Assembly: GCA_964016885.1 (NCBI GenBank) | Contig: OZ024740.1 | Coordinates: 390,662,001 to 390,726,000 of the forward strand | DNA length: 64,000 nt | DNA from: Eledone cirrhosa | Taxonomy: Eukaryota | Direction of reading: 5' to 3' | Shown: in pieces, positions 11,961 through 25,332 of the stretch | Layout: every line of letters begins with the position of its first letter | Numbering within the stretch: the stretch's first letter is position 1 | Translations under genes and position numbers: made by a program | The notes under the pieces: generated by a model | What the model saw: only the letters and a program-made list of their open reading frames with translations | Databases searched by the model: none | What the model was told of the DNA's origin: nothing

Positions 11961-12870
11961 AATAGTGTCTATGTTTCGTAGTGTCCCATTCAGTAGGGAC
12001 TCAAGCTTTCCAATGTCATTTCTCATTTCCCTGATTTGACCGTTCAGTCGTTTCTTCCACCAAGGTTCTGATCTTTCTTGTTTGTTGTTTCCTCTCGCTT
12101 TTATGCCAAGTAATTTCCTCACCGCATTTGCTGTTGCTTTGAGGATATTGTTGCATTGGTGAAGGTTCCTCGCCTCAAAGTATGGGATGACTTTGTTTAC
12201 CTTAGCTGTTGTTTCTTTTAACTTTTTCCTGTCTACAAATCTTAGGTTCATAGGTTTCCCACTATCATTGTTCAATTCATCTACCACTAAGTTTAGGATA
12301 TAAACCAAATCTTGTCCAAGCCCGTCAGCATTCATTTCCTCAATGGCCGTATCTTTGTTCCAGGTATTATTTATTTCAGCATTCAGATCATTGTCTGCTT
12401 CGGATGCTTCCTCCGTTCTCTCAACCTCTTCACCTTCATCTCCCACTGGCTCGTTTGCCTGGCATACTCCACTCTCTATTTCCAACCTAATCTCTCTGCT
12501 GAGTTCCTCCAGTTCCAGCTCGCTTATCCACCCATTAGTTCTTATTACCCGAGCCTGCCCGGCCAATTTTTGTTCATCTAATTTAAATAGACCAATCTCG
12601 TTCCAGATGCTATGTATCCGTTTCCTATAGCCTTTTTCCTTGGGGTTACTCTTCAGGTAACATTGCATAACAGTTCTATTCAATTCTTTCGACCAGTTGG
12701 TTCTGGTCCCTTTCCTTCTTCTTCCTCCAACACCAGCAGTATTTGGATGACAGCCAGATCCCTGCTACTGGGCCAGGGGGCACCTGCTGGGTGAGAGTCT
12801 GTCACATGATATTCCAGTCTCCACTTCACCGTTATTCGAACTGTTTAGGTTCGACATTTAAACATTCATA
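11961..12870 (-). mobile_element. R4/Dong-like non-LTR retrotransposon, N-terminal ORF fragment
   Basis: WSKELNRTVMQCY..S....GYRKRIHSIW...EQKLAGQARVI..NGWISELELE and PWWKKRLNGQI..MRNDI, typical of R4-clade N-termini. Confidence 0.7.
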
Positions 12871-13124
12871 TCGAGGATTGGTGAATGTATGGTTACATAA
12901 CCACCGGTGATTTCATCACCCCCCCCCCCAGTGATTTGATCACCCCCGGTGATTTTAGCATGGCACTATCACGCTGTAGATGAACATAAATAAACAAATA
13001 AATAGGTAAAAACTTTAAAAAATAAGCATAGTTTCATTGTAATATAATGTTTGAATGTCCGACTTAGTTTTTTGCTTGTTTGTTTGTTTGTTTGTTTGTT
13101 TGTTTTTCTTTTCTTTACGTTTTT

Positions 13125-16100
13125 CGTTGCTGGTATGTTCTTGGTAGAGAAGTCGATGTTGTGTTTTCGCATGGTGCGGGTGAAAGAAATTGAGCTTAGC
13201 GGAAAAGTCTCCCTATCCCACCGAAAAAAGTTTACCTTCGGATGCTCACGCAAAAAATCGATCTATTTGCGAAAAGACTTAGATGGAGAACTTTTTTCTA
13301 CGACAGATATTGCGACAACCAGGACTTCGGCACCAAGGAGAGATTTGGATTTATTACCTACAAATCCCCCCCCCCCCCCGAACCCTTTGCTCTCACCCTT
13401 CGAGAATGACCTCTTCCAACCGATTCCTACAAAAACTCCGTAGCAACTTAACAGAGTATGATAACACCAATGACATCATGGTGCATTCGGATAAAACTGG
13501 GAACCTATACTTTGTCAACCCTGACAGATACCACACACTGATCAGGAGCAGCCTAAACTCCACCTATAAAAAGGCCAACCACTCATGCATCGAGGACATA
13601 AATCGAGATCGACAACAAATTACCTCCAGCCTCGGGGTCGCCGACCGCACGGAACCCCTAGACCCACGGACACCCTACTTCACACTGAAGGACCACAAAT
13701 CCGATTTTGACCGTAAACCCTCTATCAGGCTCATTAACCCAACGAAGTCCGACATAGGGAGAATCAGCAAAAAAATCCTAGACCGCGTGATACCAAAAGT
13801 CAAGCAACACGCCCGACTTAGCCTATGGATCAACACCCAGGAAGTAATCTCATGGTTCAGCAATATGGAGGATAAACGAGACACTAAATTCATCCAGTTC
13901 GACATAGAGAGCTACTATGCTTCAATCACCTTACCGCTACTTACTGCTGCCTTGGACTTCGCCGAAACACTTGTGCCCATCACCGACCAGGAAAGAAAAA
14001 TCATCCTCCACTCCAGGAAGACAGTCTTACTCTTTGACAACTCCAAATGGATAAAAAGAGCTCCCGACTCACCCTTCGACGTCAGCATGGGCGCTACGGA
14101 TTCGGCGGAGGTCACAGATCTTATAGGATTATTCCTAATAGCCAAACTCACCGATATGTTTACTTGAATTCAGTGGTGAATTGTACCGTGATGACGGGCT
14201 CCTTACCCTTAAAGGGTACAACCCCAGTAGTACAGATCGGGTCCGGAAACAATTAATCAGCTTCTTCCGCGACTGGGGATTTAAAATAACCCTACAAACG
14301 TCCCTGACCCGAGTAACCTTCCTGGACGTTACCCTCGACCTCGAAAACGACCTGTACTACCCATACAGGAAACCTAATGACAACCTGCACTACATCCACC
14401 GCCGATCAAACCATCCTAGGAACATCACCAACAACCTGGTCAAAAATATCTCCCTCCGCATATCCCGTTTGTCAGCTAATGAGCGGATATTCGATGAACA
14501 TGCGCCTTATTACAACCAGGCCCTCAAGCGGAGTGGTTTCCGGGAGGAAATATCCTACTGTCCAGCTCCCATTAGCGGAACCAGCAGGCGACACCGCCGC
14601 TCATGCAATGTAACATGGTTCAATCCTCCCCCACAACGCAGAGGTGACAACTCTCATCGGGAAAATATTCTTTAGGCTCATTGAAAAACACTTCCCACTA
14701 CAACACCGCTACCACAACATAATTAACAAAAATACCATCAAACTCTCTTACAGCACTACACCAAACTTCGCACAAAACATCGTCTCCAAAAAACTCAACC
14801 CCGATGGAAGAAATAACCTAAATAGCAGTGGAGAGCCGACCAGGATGTGCAACTGTCCTGATAGATCCATTTTCCCCCTCGACAACAGATGCAGAGACCG
14901 TAATGTGATCTACCAGTGCAACGTGAGGACGGACACCTCCAACAAAGCTTATATAGGACTAACCGCATGTGACTTCAAGACCCAGCTATACCAGCATAGA
15001 CATACCTTCCGAAACCCGGCCCTGCGTCACGCCACTACACTTTCGGGCCACATATGGGACCTCAAGGACAACAACATCACCTATGATCTCACTTGAAGAT
15101 TACTGTCCAGAGCCAACTCTTACACGGGAGGACGCCGTCCGTTCAATTTATGCTCGGAGGAAACTTTACAAATGCTGTTTTCGACGGACCAACTCCTAAA
15201 CAAGAAAGATGAACTGGTTACTGCATGTAAACATAGATTGCGTAGGACTTACCTCGCCCTCAAACCCCATAATGACCTGGGGGGGGGGGGGGGGTAGACT
15301 AGGGCTATAACACCCCACTTGCTGATTTTGTAATGGGTAACCCCTGCTTGCCAAGGGAGACGTAAGATCTTCTTTTTATTCTTTTATCGCTTCCTCTATA
15401 TTTCCTTCTTCCCCCCATCCCTCCCTAGTCCTTCTACCCCAGTTCTTTTTCTTTGTCGGCGTATTTTTCTCGCCCACCCGAGGCAGCCCTTTGGTCCCTT
15501 GTAGCCTCAGTACCCCCACCCCCTCCCCTAGTCTATGATAGATTTGGCGGACTCCGCTTTTTATAGCAGTTGTGTTAGACCTCGGATACTTGCCCCCTTA
15601 TCCGACCGCTCCCCCTTTTTTCCGTGCCTTCTATATTTCTTAGTGGCACCTCTGCCTTAATTTCTCGTTTCAGTATTTCTTTCTACTCTTTTCTTTTGGG
15701 CGGGGTGGATTCTGAATATATTTTTCCGTATTCTACTTTTACCTCGTACGAACTTTCATGTAGCTTGTATAAGAACTTTTGTAGCGTGGCGGTACCATTA
15801 GATTTAGCATTAGTATATTTTTTTCGGGACTCAGAATTATTATCTCGTACTAGTTTACTTTTCTGCACTGGGTGGTTGCTGGCCTTGTGCCCGGGGTAGA
15901 AACCTTTATTAATTATTTCGTGGTAGTTTCTTTAGTATTTTGGCCCCCATTGTTGACCCGTCACCGTATGATATACGTACTAATACCTCTTAAAAGGGTC
16001 CTTTCCTATTCCGTCCCACCTAGTTTATTTACTTATTTTTTATTTCTTTATTTCTTTATTTCTTTCTTTATTTATTTATTTATCTAACCTAGCAATAGCT

Positions 16101-16569
16101 AGAGACTAAGGTCGTAGAAATTGCTTATATTTTTTTCTTTACATTTATTCGCTTTTTATCACTCTCAGTATTTTTTTCATATATATATTTCATACATATC
16201 TTCTTTGACCTCATGCCCAGCTGTAGCCGGCACTACCAACGCATAATTCGGTTTACTCCACCCCCTCCCCTTTTTCTCCTACTGGCAGGTTTAGCCACCC
16301 TCTCCCCCACTAATCTGCCATCACAGAATTACTACTAACTTGTGACCAATCCTTGTGACAATCACTTTGACTATATATGGAATTACCCATTGAGAAGCTC
16401 GGCTATTTATATACCAGGATAAATTTTCATTTAGTCTAGAATTAGCCGTCGAAACGGCTTGAGCTCAGCCGTCGGGGTCTTACTGGTTCCTATTACCCAC
16501 TCTACTACCCTAAGTATTGAGTACTTTGGTGCATTATGGTCCACCTGGTTCCTTACCACATTTCCTTCG

Positions 16570-16572
<3 letters not shown>
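13125..16572 (+). mobile_element. Penelope-like element family C (Hydra-clade-like), near full length, frameshifted, with inverted 5' end
   Basis: KRLRWRTFF, SDKTGNLY, TLKDHK, RLINPTKSDIG, QFDIESYY, FDVSMG, LYRDDGL, TWFNPP, CNC, VIYQC..YIGLT..FK, TTLSGHIWDLK. Long pyrimidine-rich 3' region with a hammerhead; ends in (TA)n. Confidence 0.88.
16385..16478 (+). ncRNA. Type I hammerhead ribozyme with U3-A8 core (PLE C 3' end)
   Basis: ACCCA-TTGAGAA-GctCGGCTA...TAGCCGtC-GAAACGGCT-tgagctc-AGCCGTC-GGGGT. Stem III 6 bp with palindromic GAGCTC loop; predicted cut after C16473. Confidence 0.7.
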
Positions 16573-16618
<46 letters not shown>

Positions 16619-17529
16619 CATACATACACACATACACATATATACCTACACGCACATATATACATACACATACGTATGCATACATATATACACACACACA
16701 CACACATATAACTATATATATATATATATATGAGAAAGAACATAAATATTATATATATAAAAAGACCTAAATATTGTATATATAAAAATAACAATAAAAA
16801 TGAAAATAAAAAGTTGGGAATACGACAAATAATAAATTTAAAAAAATATATATATATGCACGTGTACATACTTATATTTAAGTAACAGCCGTACTAAGAG
16901 TGGGAAATGAAATTTCGTTTCATTTTTTCCGTTTATATATATATATATACACACACACATATAACAAATGAAAAAAACCGAGTTAAAGACTCGCGTTAAT
17001 CCCTATAATTTTATGAGCTCAAGTACAGGGGATTAGCGCGAGTCTTTTTCAATTGTTTTCGCTCCTAAATTCTTCGTTAATTGAGCTGTCTAAGTTGAAT
17101 GGTTATAGGCTGCCGTTTCTAGCGGCTTCTTTATCCATTCACGCCACTATATACTGTCTAGTGCGCGTGTTTTCTTTCTATCGCCACGTACTTTATTCAG
17201 TTGTCTGAAATATCCTTAGACGAGTTGGGTATACCTTCTTTCCACCTGTTGATAAGCCCTGAGAAGGTACGGTACCAGCACTTTGGCGGAACATACTCTT
17301 CTTTAGGAATGTCCAGGTGTGTGTTTTACTTTTTAATTTTACCTCTTAATTATTATGTATTTTCTCCACTTTTCGTAGACCTTATATCCTTCACTCTACT
17401 GGTTCTCTACCCCTTGTAAATGAAATCATAATCCCTTTTTGTGTTTTCTTCTCTATATACTGTATTATATATAGCTCTGTATTATACATAGAGCAATCTT
17501 TTTTCTTTTGCTTTTTCTTCGGAAATACT

Positions 17530-17592
<63 letters not shown>

Positions 17593-17663
17593 TGAAAAAA
17601 AATATATGTTTATATATACATGTATATGTATGTATGCACATATATCTGTGTACTTCTCATTAT

Positions 17664-17880
17664 TGGCAGAATCGGTAGAGGGTCGGACGCCATGCTTTAC
17701 AGCATAGAGTTACGGCCCTTTATGATCTGAGTTCAAATCCCGCCGAGGTTAACTTTGCCTTTCATCCTTACGGGGTCGATAAAATAAAGTACCAGTCACG
17801 CACTGAGGTTGATTTAATCGAGTTTTCTCTCCCCCCAAAATTGCTGGCCTTGTACCTATATAAGAAACCATTATTATTGT
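17664..17880 (+). mobile_element. tRNA-derived SINE (family S1)
   Basis: A-box-like TGGCAGAATCGG, B-box GAGTTCAAATCC, conserved core GCCTTTCATCCTTACGGGGTCGATAAAATAAAGTACCAG, (ATT)n tail. At least ten copies in the window. Confidence 0.85.
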
Positions 17881-18779
17881 TATTATTGTCGTTATTGTTG
17901 TTATGTTTTTTTCGTGCAATGGCCCGTTAACGAGGGGGACAGCCCTCATGTATGTATGAATGTATGTATGCATGTATGGGCGGAAGAACTCATAAGAGTC
18001 AACGGCCATCCAAAAGTGTGTAAATATGTATCTTCACATGTACATATATATGTGTATGTGTATATACATGGGTGTATGTGTATGTATATGCGCGGAGACA
18101 TAGAAATATTCGGGCTGGATACCCGATCGCGCGGTTAAACCACTGGGAGTGGAGGACCCCTAGCATTTGTCAAAGCATTCTTCTAGGAGAAGGCAACTCA
18201 GGAAACAGGGATAACTCCGATTTAAAACCTGCGGCTCAGTAGTTACCGATGATGTCGATCTTTTCTTCTTTTCGGGTTATAGCTATTGTTGCTCAGAGAG
18301 TGGGATTGGCTCAGTGTACAGTCTTTCCTCACTTAAAAAAATATCTTCACGCACAGGCATTGCACGATAGAATTAATTAATAATTATTAATAATGGTATA
18401 TCGTGCAATGGCCATACTCGATAGCGAGGGGGCAGCATGTATGTATGTATGTATGTATGTATGTATGTATGTATGTATGTATGTATGTATGTATGTATGT
18501 ATGTCAGGTCACCAGTTGGTGCTACTGGTAACATGTATCCCAGTACAACCTGTCTCATGCTCGGGTCGTTGGCGACTAAACTGGCAACCCCACCAAGGTT
18601 TCTTGGTGAGGAGGGTGACTTTGGACATCCTGCACGACTAAAAACAAAACCTGTCAAAGGGCAAAGGAGCTCTTAAGAGTCAATGGCCATCCAAAATCAC
18701 CGGGAGAGATGACCCCTTAGCCTTTGTCAAGGCAGAATTCTAGGAGAAGGAAAACTCTGATATAACACCTGCAACCCGA

Positions 18780-19330
18780 TTATCATTATCGATAGTATTT
18801 TCCACAACAGTCGAGGTAGACTCGGATGGTATACGTGGTGTCACATTTATTCGATTATTATTATTATTTCTTCGATTATTATTATTATCGATAGTGTTTT
18901 CCCCAGCATTCGAGGTAGACTTAGATGGTACAGGTGGTGTCAAGTTTCTTACAGGCATAGTTGTTTCAAGGCGCTGTTCGACCTGGCTGCTAGGAAGTCT
19001 AGTAGCATGGCGATCTGTAACACGTGTTGTTGATCCCATGTTTGTTGTGGGGGACTTACAATTAATAATAATCTTATTTTTACGTTCAACAAACGTCGCT
19101 TGTTGGCGTAATTGTTTCGCTGTGAAATAATTTAGCTCTGGGTGCATTTCGTCCTAGTGTAGCTTAATTCTATTCATATAGCCAATGGAGGGATTGTTTT
19201 TTGACATTTTATAACAATTAAATAAATCATTATTAAGTTCGCAACTCCAAGAGAAATGCGATTTATAATTTCGGTTTCTTCTGTAGCTACAACTGAATAA
19301 AATTTGATTACCTTCTTTGTTATTTGCCTT
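18780..19330 (-). mobile_element. Degenerate R4/Dong-like N-terminal fragment
   Basis: Minus-strand translation WSCELNNDLFNCYKMS....GYMNRIK...MHPEL..FTAKQLRQQA resembles the motif at 12500-12700. Confidence 0.55.
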
Positions 19331-19834
19331 CGATACTTCCTTAATTTTTTTTATTTTCAGCCATGCTCTTTGTAGTAAATCCTTGTAAAATGAATTATGT
19401 ATTTAGCCGGATATGTCTACGAATTCGAATAACAGGTGTCTTCAGAAGGGATAGTTAGAAGAGTAACCAGTTATTCAATCTGGCTGTAGTTGTGGCGTTA
19501 CTGTGGGAAATAGTATTCATCTTAAATTGAATAGTCTCCCACGCCAAAAGATCCGACTGATCGCGTTGACTGATGGATTATATATGTATGTATGTATGCA
19601 TGTATGTATGAAATAAAACATTACAGCAACAAATAAGAAATTAAATAGATAACATCATAAAGCAAAAAAAGAAGATTATTTACGGAATATTATTTTCTCC
19701 CGGATTTTGTTGGCGACACTGGTGATGCCAACTAAAGTGAATTTTTTTCTGTGTAAAGAAAGATTGGGCAACCTGACTATCTCATTGGTTACGTAGTTTT
19801 AAAATACGAAGTATCGAATCAAATCCTATGTATA

Positions 19835-20253
19835 TGTAGTGACCTACATTCCGCGGGCTCACATACGTTCTCTGTGCGTGATTTGGCTCAGCTCAGCCAA
19901 TCAACGCCAGTAGAAGAGGATGTATCCCTACGCGCCCTGAGGGAGAAATTCCCCGCGAAGATTTGAAGAATACCCTCTCGCACCAGGAACTTCGAACCAG
20001 CAACACGTACAACATGTGACGGTGAGATTTTGGACTTTGGCCTGCCGGCTTTCCGGCACAATGGCACATTCCCTTTTGTAACCTCATTTTATGTGTAACT
20101 TCAACCATACAAGTTAACAAACATTATTTGTGCTACAACAAAAATAAACATACATTTCATCTCTAATTTCTGCCGTTGACATCATTATTGTGTTACTCGT
20201 GTCTCAATAACATTTATACACCATGCTGCTAAAAGTGGTGAACCCGACGTGAT
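19835..20253 (+). mobile_element. Putative LTR of an LTR retrotransposon with tRNA-Trp primer-binding site
   Basis: TGTAGT start at 19835, AATAAA near 20144, end near 20233. It is followed by TGGTGAACCCGACGTGAT (20236-20253), one mismatch from the complement of the eukaryotic tRNA-Trp 3' end (TGGTGACCCCGACGTGAT). Confidence 0.6.
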
Positions 20254-21346
20254 GAATATTTTCAGTTCAAAATATTCCTTTTGAAATAAAATTAAAATTG
20301 GCAGTGTATGTATAAAAAAAATTAAAAAATTTACGCCACGAGGAAATTTCAAAACGGCTACTACCAGCCATCAGCAGCAACACATGGCTAACTATTAACC
20401 AACACCAGGGAATGGCTTGTAACTTTACCGACGCAACCACCATACCTTCTGTCTCATTACCACAAGGACTCGAGAAATTAAGACATTAGTCTTCTCACCA
20501 CTATGGCGTCAGACGTGGCTGCCATATTGGTGACTCTAGGTTCTTCAACGCTCGACTTCAACTCTACAGAAGATTCATTGTGACTTTGCTTTAACAACAA
20601 CAACTCTACTAGCTCCCTAGTAAGAGCGATCCCAAAGAAAAGAAAAGCGAACTTTTTGTTAAAAGAAAAGAAACAATTCTTTCTTTCTTCCTTTTTTTTT
20701 CAGGCATTTATTTGTGGACATTTATTTTTTTTAAACTGTATTATATGGAAATTCATTTTTTTTCTATCATTGTATATATGACTGCATCATTTTCTTTATC
20801 ATTGTATATATGACTGCACCCACACATTTATTTGCTGTTTTACATGCCTGCATATGCACACATTTCTTTGTCACCCACCAACATGTTGTTCTTAGTATAT
20901 GTTCTTCAAACGTAATATTCTGCGAGATCCCTTTTCACCTGGTTGAGGTGCCGTCACATGCTAGCGACTCATACAGCTTAATTCACCTGGATTCAAACAG
21001 GCACCGCAACATGAGAATGCTAATTGCAGCTGAACTCAAACAGTTTCGCATCTCGTTGCACACTCATTGTCCATAACAATCTCCATCTTGTTACCTTACC
21101 CGACTCACTGGGAAAACAACAAATAGAACTGGACTTGTCAGCATTTCCACCACTTCTGTGGATTCGCCCGAATTATGGAATTTACACTGCAACCCACCTA
21201 CAGATTCAACTTGCTTTTTTTTCTTTTCAAAGCAACCAGCCATTTTTTCCTGGTCCCTAGCACATTCGGCAATACATCTGGGAGGCCAACATTTTCTCAC
21301 CTACCCATCATCTTCTTGCCAGCACTGGTAAACTACAAGAATTAAG

Positions 21347-24300
21347 AATGAGATGTTGGCCATATTTATGCCGTCAATTTTGTCGGGATATCTATTGGTA
21401 TTCTCTAAAGTATCTTGATTTAGTTTTATCTGTTTAAGCCACTTTAGTTTCTTGTTAAAGTGCTTATCACATTCTTGAACAATGTACTGTTCTTCAGGAC
21501 GTATAAGGTTTATAAATATTAGTTTTTCTCTTGGTATGGTGATCTTAGTTATTTCTTGTATTAGGTTACGCTTATGTTTTTCTTGGTGACTTAATTCTCT
21601 ATAGATCTTCTTTATTATGTTTAGAATTAGTGTTCGTTTTAGCCTATCTGCTTGCGTTTTGGTGAGTTGTAATCTTCTCATTAACAGATGAGTTCAACAA
21701 CAACAACACAAATATATACGGCAACACTATGGTCGACTCTGATGAATTATCTGTATGACAACTACCACCTAAATATGCGACATTCAAGAAGGTAAATATG
21801 ATTAGTTGTTTGTCAGAAATAGAAAAATCATTTACAAAATTACGTTAGAGCCTCAAAAACAAAAACAAAAACAAATGTAACAACATACGCACACACATAT
21901 ACGACACACATCCCAACAACAACAGACACACAGACACAAACAACAATAACAACAACACACACATCAACAATAATAACATACTCAGAAACAACAACAACAG
22001 ACACGCAGACACAAACAACAATAACAACACACACAACAATAATAACACACACGGACACAACAACAACAACACACATCAACAACAGCACACATCATCAACA
22101 ACAACAACAACAACACACACACACATTCAATGCCTCTCACCACCACCACAATCTTAACAAACACACAGACACAGAAAACAGGTAATGGCAGTAGCACAGA
22201 AATAAGGGAAGGTAATAGGATTGAAAGGAGAAGGGAGACTATGGACAGAGAAAATAACCAAGACGAACACACAGACACACAAAATAGAGTAGATAATAAC
22301 AATGAGCCAGAGGAAAGAGACAGGAGTAATAATGAGAGACATAGAAACAACCATGAGGCTGTTGGTGGAAATAGAAATAGAAACAACACAACTAACAATG
22401 ACACTAACAATAACAATAGCACTAGTACACATAAAGCAGCAGCCTGGAACTGTACTTTTTATAATCCCTCCGATAAGTCGTTCGACCTGCGACGAGTCCA
22501 CGCCACGACTTTACCTTTTAACAAACGCACGCAATTGCCGTCGCAGGTCGACGAACAAACAGAAGCACAATTTAGTATAGCTAGATCTAAACTTAGAAAT
22601 ATTATAGAACAGTATAGCAAGAAGCATAATAGAATGGAGGCCCAGCAACTGGGAGAAAAATCTGCAAATGGCTTGCGTAAGCTCATGCAGCGCTCGCGTA
22701 ATGAAGAGATAGCATGCTTTCCAACAGACAAGTCTGGCAGAATGTCGGTTGACAGTCTGCCAAACTACATCCAGGCAATGCAACCCCACATCACTAACAC
22801 AAGAGAAGTAACACCACAAGAGCATGAGGATAGAGAAAAAGCCCTTCAATGCCCATATGGTGATGTGGACAAATATAATGCAGCCCAACAAAAGGACTGC
22901 CAACAACTTCCAGGCCTGGAACAATGACGTGCCAGCGTTGTATTGGCTTCGAAAAGACCATAAAACGGGCAGTGACCATGTCACGGGACCACCAACACGG
23001 CCAGTCTGTGGGGCTAACATTGCTAGTAACTACAGACTGTCCTACTTCCTCTCCCTTCCATCATTGAAATGTCCCCAGATGTATGTGACAGCACGGAGGA
23101 CCTTCTCAGCAGAATCGGCGAGAGTAACCGATCTAGGGACCTAACAAACTGCATAATAGGCAGTATGGATGTTGTGTCCCTGTATCCATCTATTGACGTG
23201 GATTTTGCTGTGGAGAAATGCGTAGAAATGATCAGTGAGAGCAATGTTGAGTTCCGTGGGATTGATACCAGTGAGCTGGGACTCCTACTTAAACTTACCT
23301 ATAGTAATAATTACCTAGACACATATGACCTTAGCAACCTGTGCCCTACAAGACCAGCAAGAGGCAGACCACCTACCATTACCTCAATGGCCAAGAAAAC
23401 CCACACAGATAGATGGAACGGGTGGACCAGAGCCATACGGACACCCGAAAACCACGATGAACTAAAGAAAATGATTGCACATGCGGTGGGGGCCAGCATA
23501 AAATTAACCCTTAAGGAACATATGTTCAAATTTAATGGAAAAACATATGCCCAAAAGGAAGGAGCAGCCATTGGTGTTAGCATTGCAGGCGACATAGCTA
23601 ACTTATTCATGGTATGGTGAGACAGTAGACTTAAACTTAAACTTAAAGAACAATTAGAAGACTCCTTAACCCTGATAATGTACTCCCGCTGCGTTGATGA
23701 TATAAACATTGTAGTTAAAACAGCCCCACTAGAGAACAGTCAGGAATTAGAGAAAAACATAATGGAAAGCATCCAGCAAATAGCTAACTCCATCCACCAG
23801 AGTATTAGAGTTACTATAGACTACCCAAGTAAACACCCCAACCATCGATTACCTGTACTAGACACAGAGCTCTGGTTAGATACCATTAATAACAAAAAAC
23901 AAATCCTCCATTCCCATTATGCCAAACCCATGACTTCCAAATATCTGATCCACCGAAACTCAGCTATTTCGGACCATACCAAAATCAACATACTGATTGC
24001 GGATTTGGTACGGGTGATGAGAAACGTGTCCCGCATGTGCAACCCCGGAGAACTAGAGAGACACATACAACACTTCATCCACCGTATGCAGTTCTCTGGT
24101 TACAATCAGAGAGATAAAATCAGAGTGTATAGAGGAGCCAGAACCAAATGGGAAAAAATGGTAAATAATGACACAAATGGGACCTGCCCCTTGTATAGGA
24201 GCAAATTTTGGAATAGATTAGAAAGAACTAGGAATAAGGATAATAGAATAAACTCATGGTATGATAGCAATAAATACCAGAGTGTAATGTTCACCGATAC

Positions 24301-25270
24301 AACCCCTAGAGGTGAATTAGCTTACAAATTTAGAAGGGCCCTAGATAAACATAAACTCAATATTAAGATAGTAGAAAGACCAGGTACCTCCATAAAAACA
24401 CTTATTAGCAAGACATACCCTTTTCAAAGACCCCTGTATAGATAAGAAATGTATAATCTGTAAATTAAGCCCCCATATTAACTGTAAAACTAGAAATGTA
24501 GTGTATAGCATAAGATGTACTGAAGGAAAATGTAGAGACAAAAATATAGTGTACATAGGTGAGACAGCTCGTAGTGTAGGGGAACGGATAAATGAACACT
24601 GGCGAGACCTTCAAGATAGTAAAGAATCATCTGTACTCTACCAACATGCTAAAATAGAACATAAGGGTAAATTAGAGAACATAGAAATAAAAATAGAATC
24701 TACACACAGAAAAGACGCAATGTTTAGACAAATCACAGAGGCAATAAACATAAAAGAATTACAACCAAAATTAAATAGAAAACATGAGTGGAACAGCAAC
24801 ATCACAACTTACAATTAAGGACAAAAGGAAAACACACACGCACATAGAACAAACAACCAACCTGTAACATGTAAATAAACAAGTAAATAAACGAATATAA
24901 ACACACACAGACACCCGGGTGTGGCGCATGCGCAGACTGAGCACACAACACACACACAGAAACAAGATGGCGTAGGACAGAACAAAGGAGAGGCACAAAA
25001 ACAAAGAAAAGAATCCCCAGTCACTGAAGAGGTCACAGAATGTGTGACGAAAGAACTTTGACAATATATAAACAACCATCTGGTTGTGGAACCAACCAGC
25101 CAACCGGAAATTTATAAATTCCTAAATTTATAAATTTATTATAATAAATTGAAGTGAAAGCAACTGGTGCGTGTGTTTCTTATTGGCAACATATTGGCAA
25201 CAAAGTATAACAATATCGGTTTCAACACACGTTTTCAGATAAAGAATCTTGCTAAACAAATTCAGAAACG

Positions 25271-25273
<3 letters not shown>
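21347..25273 (+). mobile_element. Penelope-like element family B, long disrupted copy (N-terminal segment 21347-21682 inverted)
   Basis: LPPKYA, PTDKSG, LRKDHK, RPVCGA, GSMDVVSLYPSI, GAAIG..IAG.IANLFM, RCVDD, LPVLD, HYAKPM, Cys linker, VYSIRC..YIGETARS..ER..EH, RQITEA..I...LN. Several stops and frameshifts; ends in (TA)n. Confidence 0.9.
25020..25062 (+). ncRNA. Minimal hammerhead ribozyme of PLE family B
   Basis: Identical to 7211-7253. Confidence 0.75.

Positions 25274-25332
<59 letters not shown>

Noticed and set aside
11670-12683. 337-aa minus-strand ORF as a single protein
   Set aside because: Chimeric: an R4-like fragment reading through the junction at about 11960 into antisense Tx1 endonuclease sequence.
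18100-18780. Two related segments that may be non-LTR 5' UTRs with an HDV-like ribozyme
   Set aside because: A convincing nested double pseudoknot could not be folded by eye.
23618-23620. In-frame TGA in PLE B as possible selenocysteine (as in some Naiad PLEs)
   Set aside because: It falls at a Trp-type position (W-W), and the copy has other stops and frameshifts, so this is ordinary decay.
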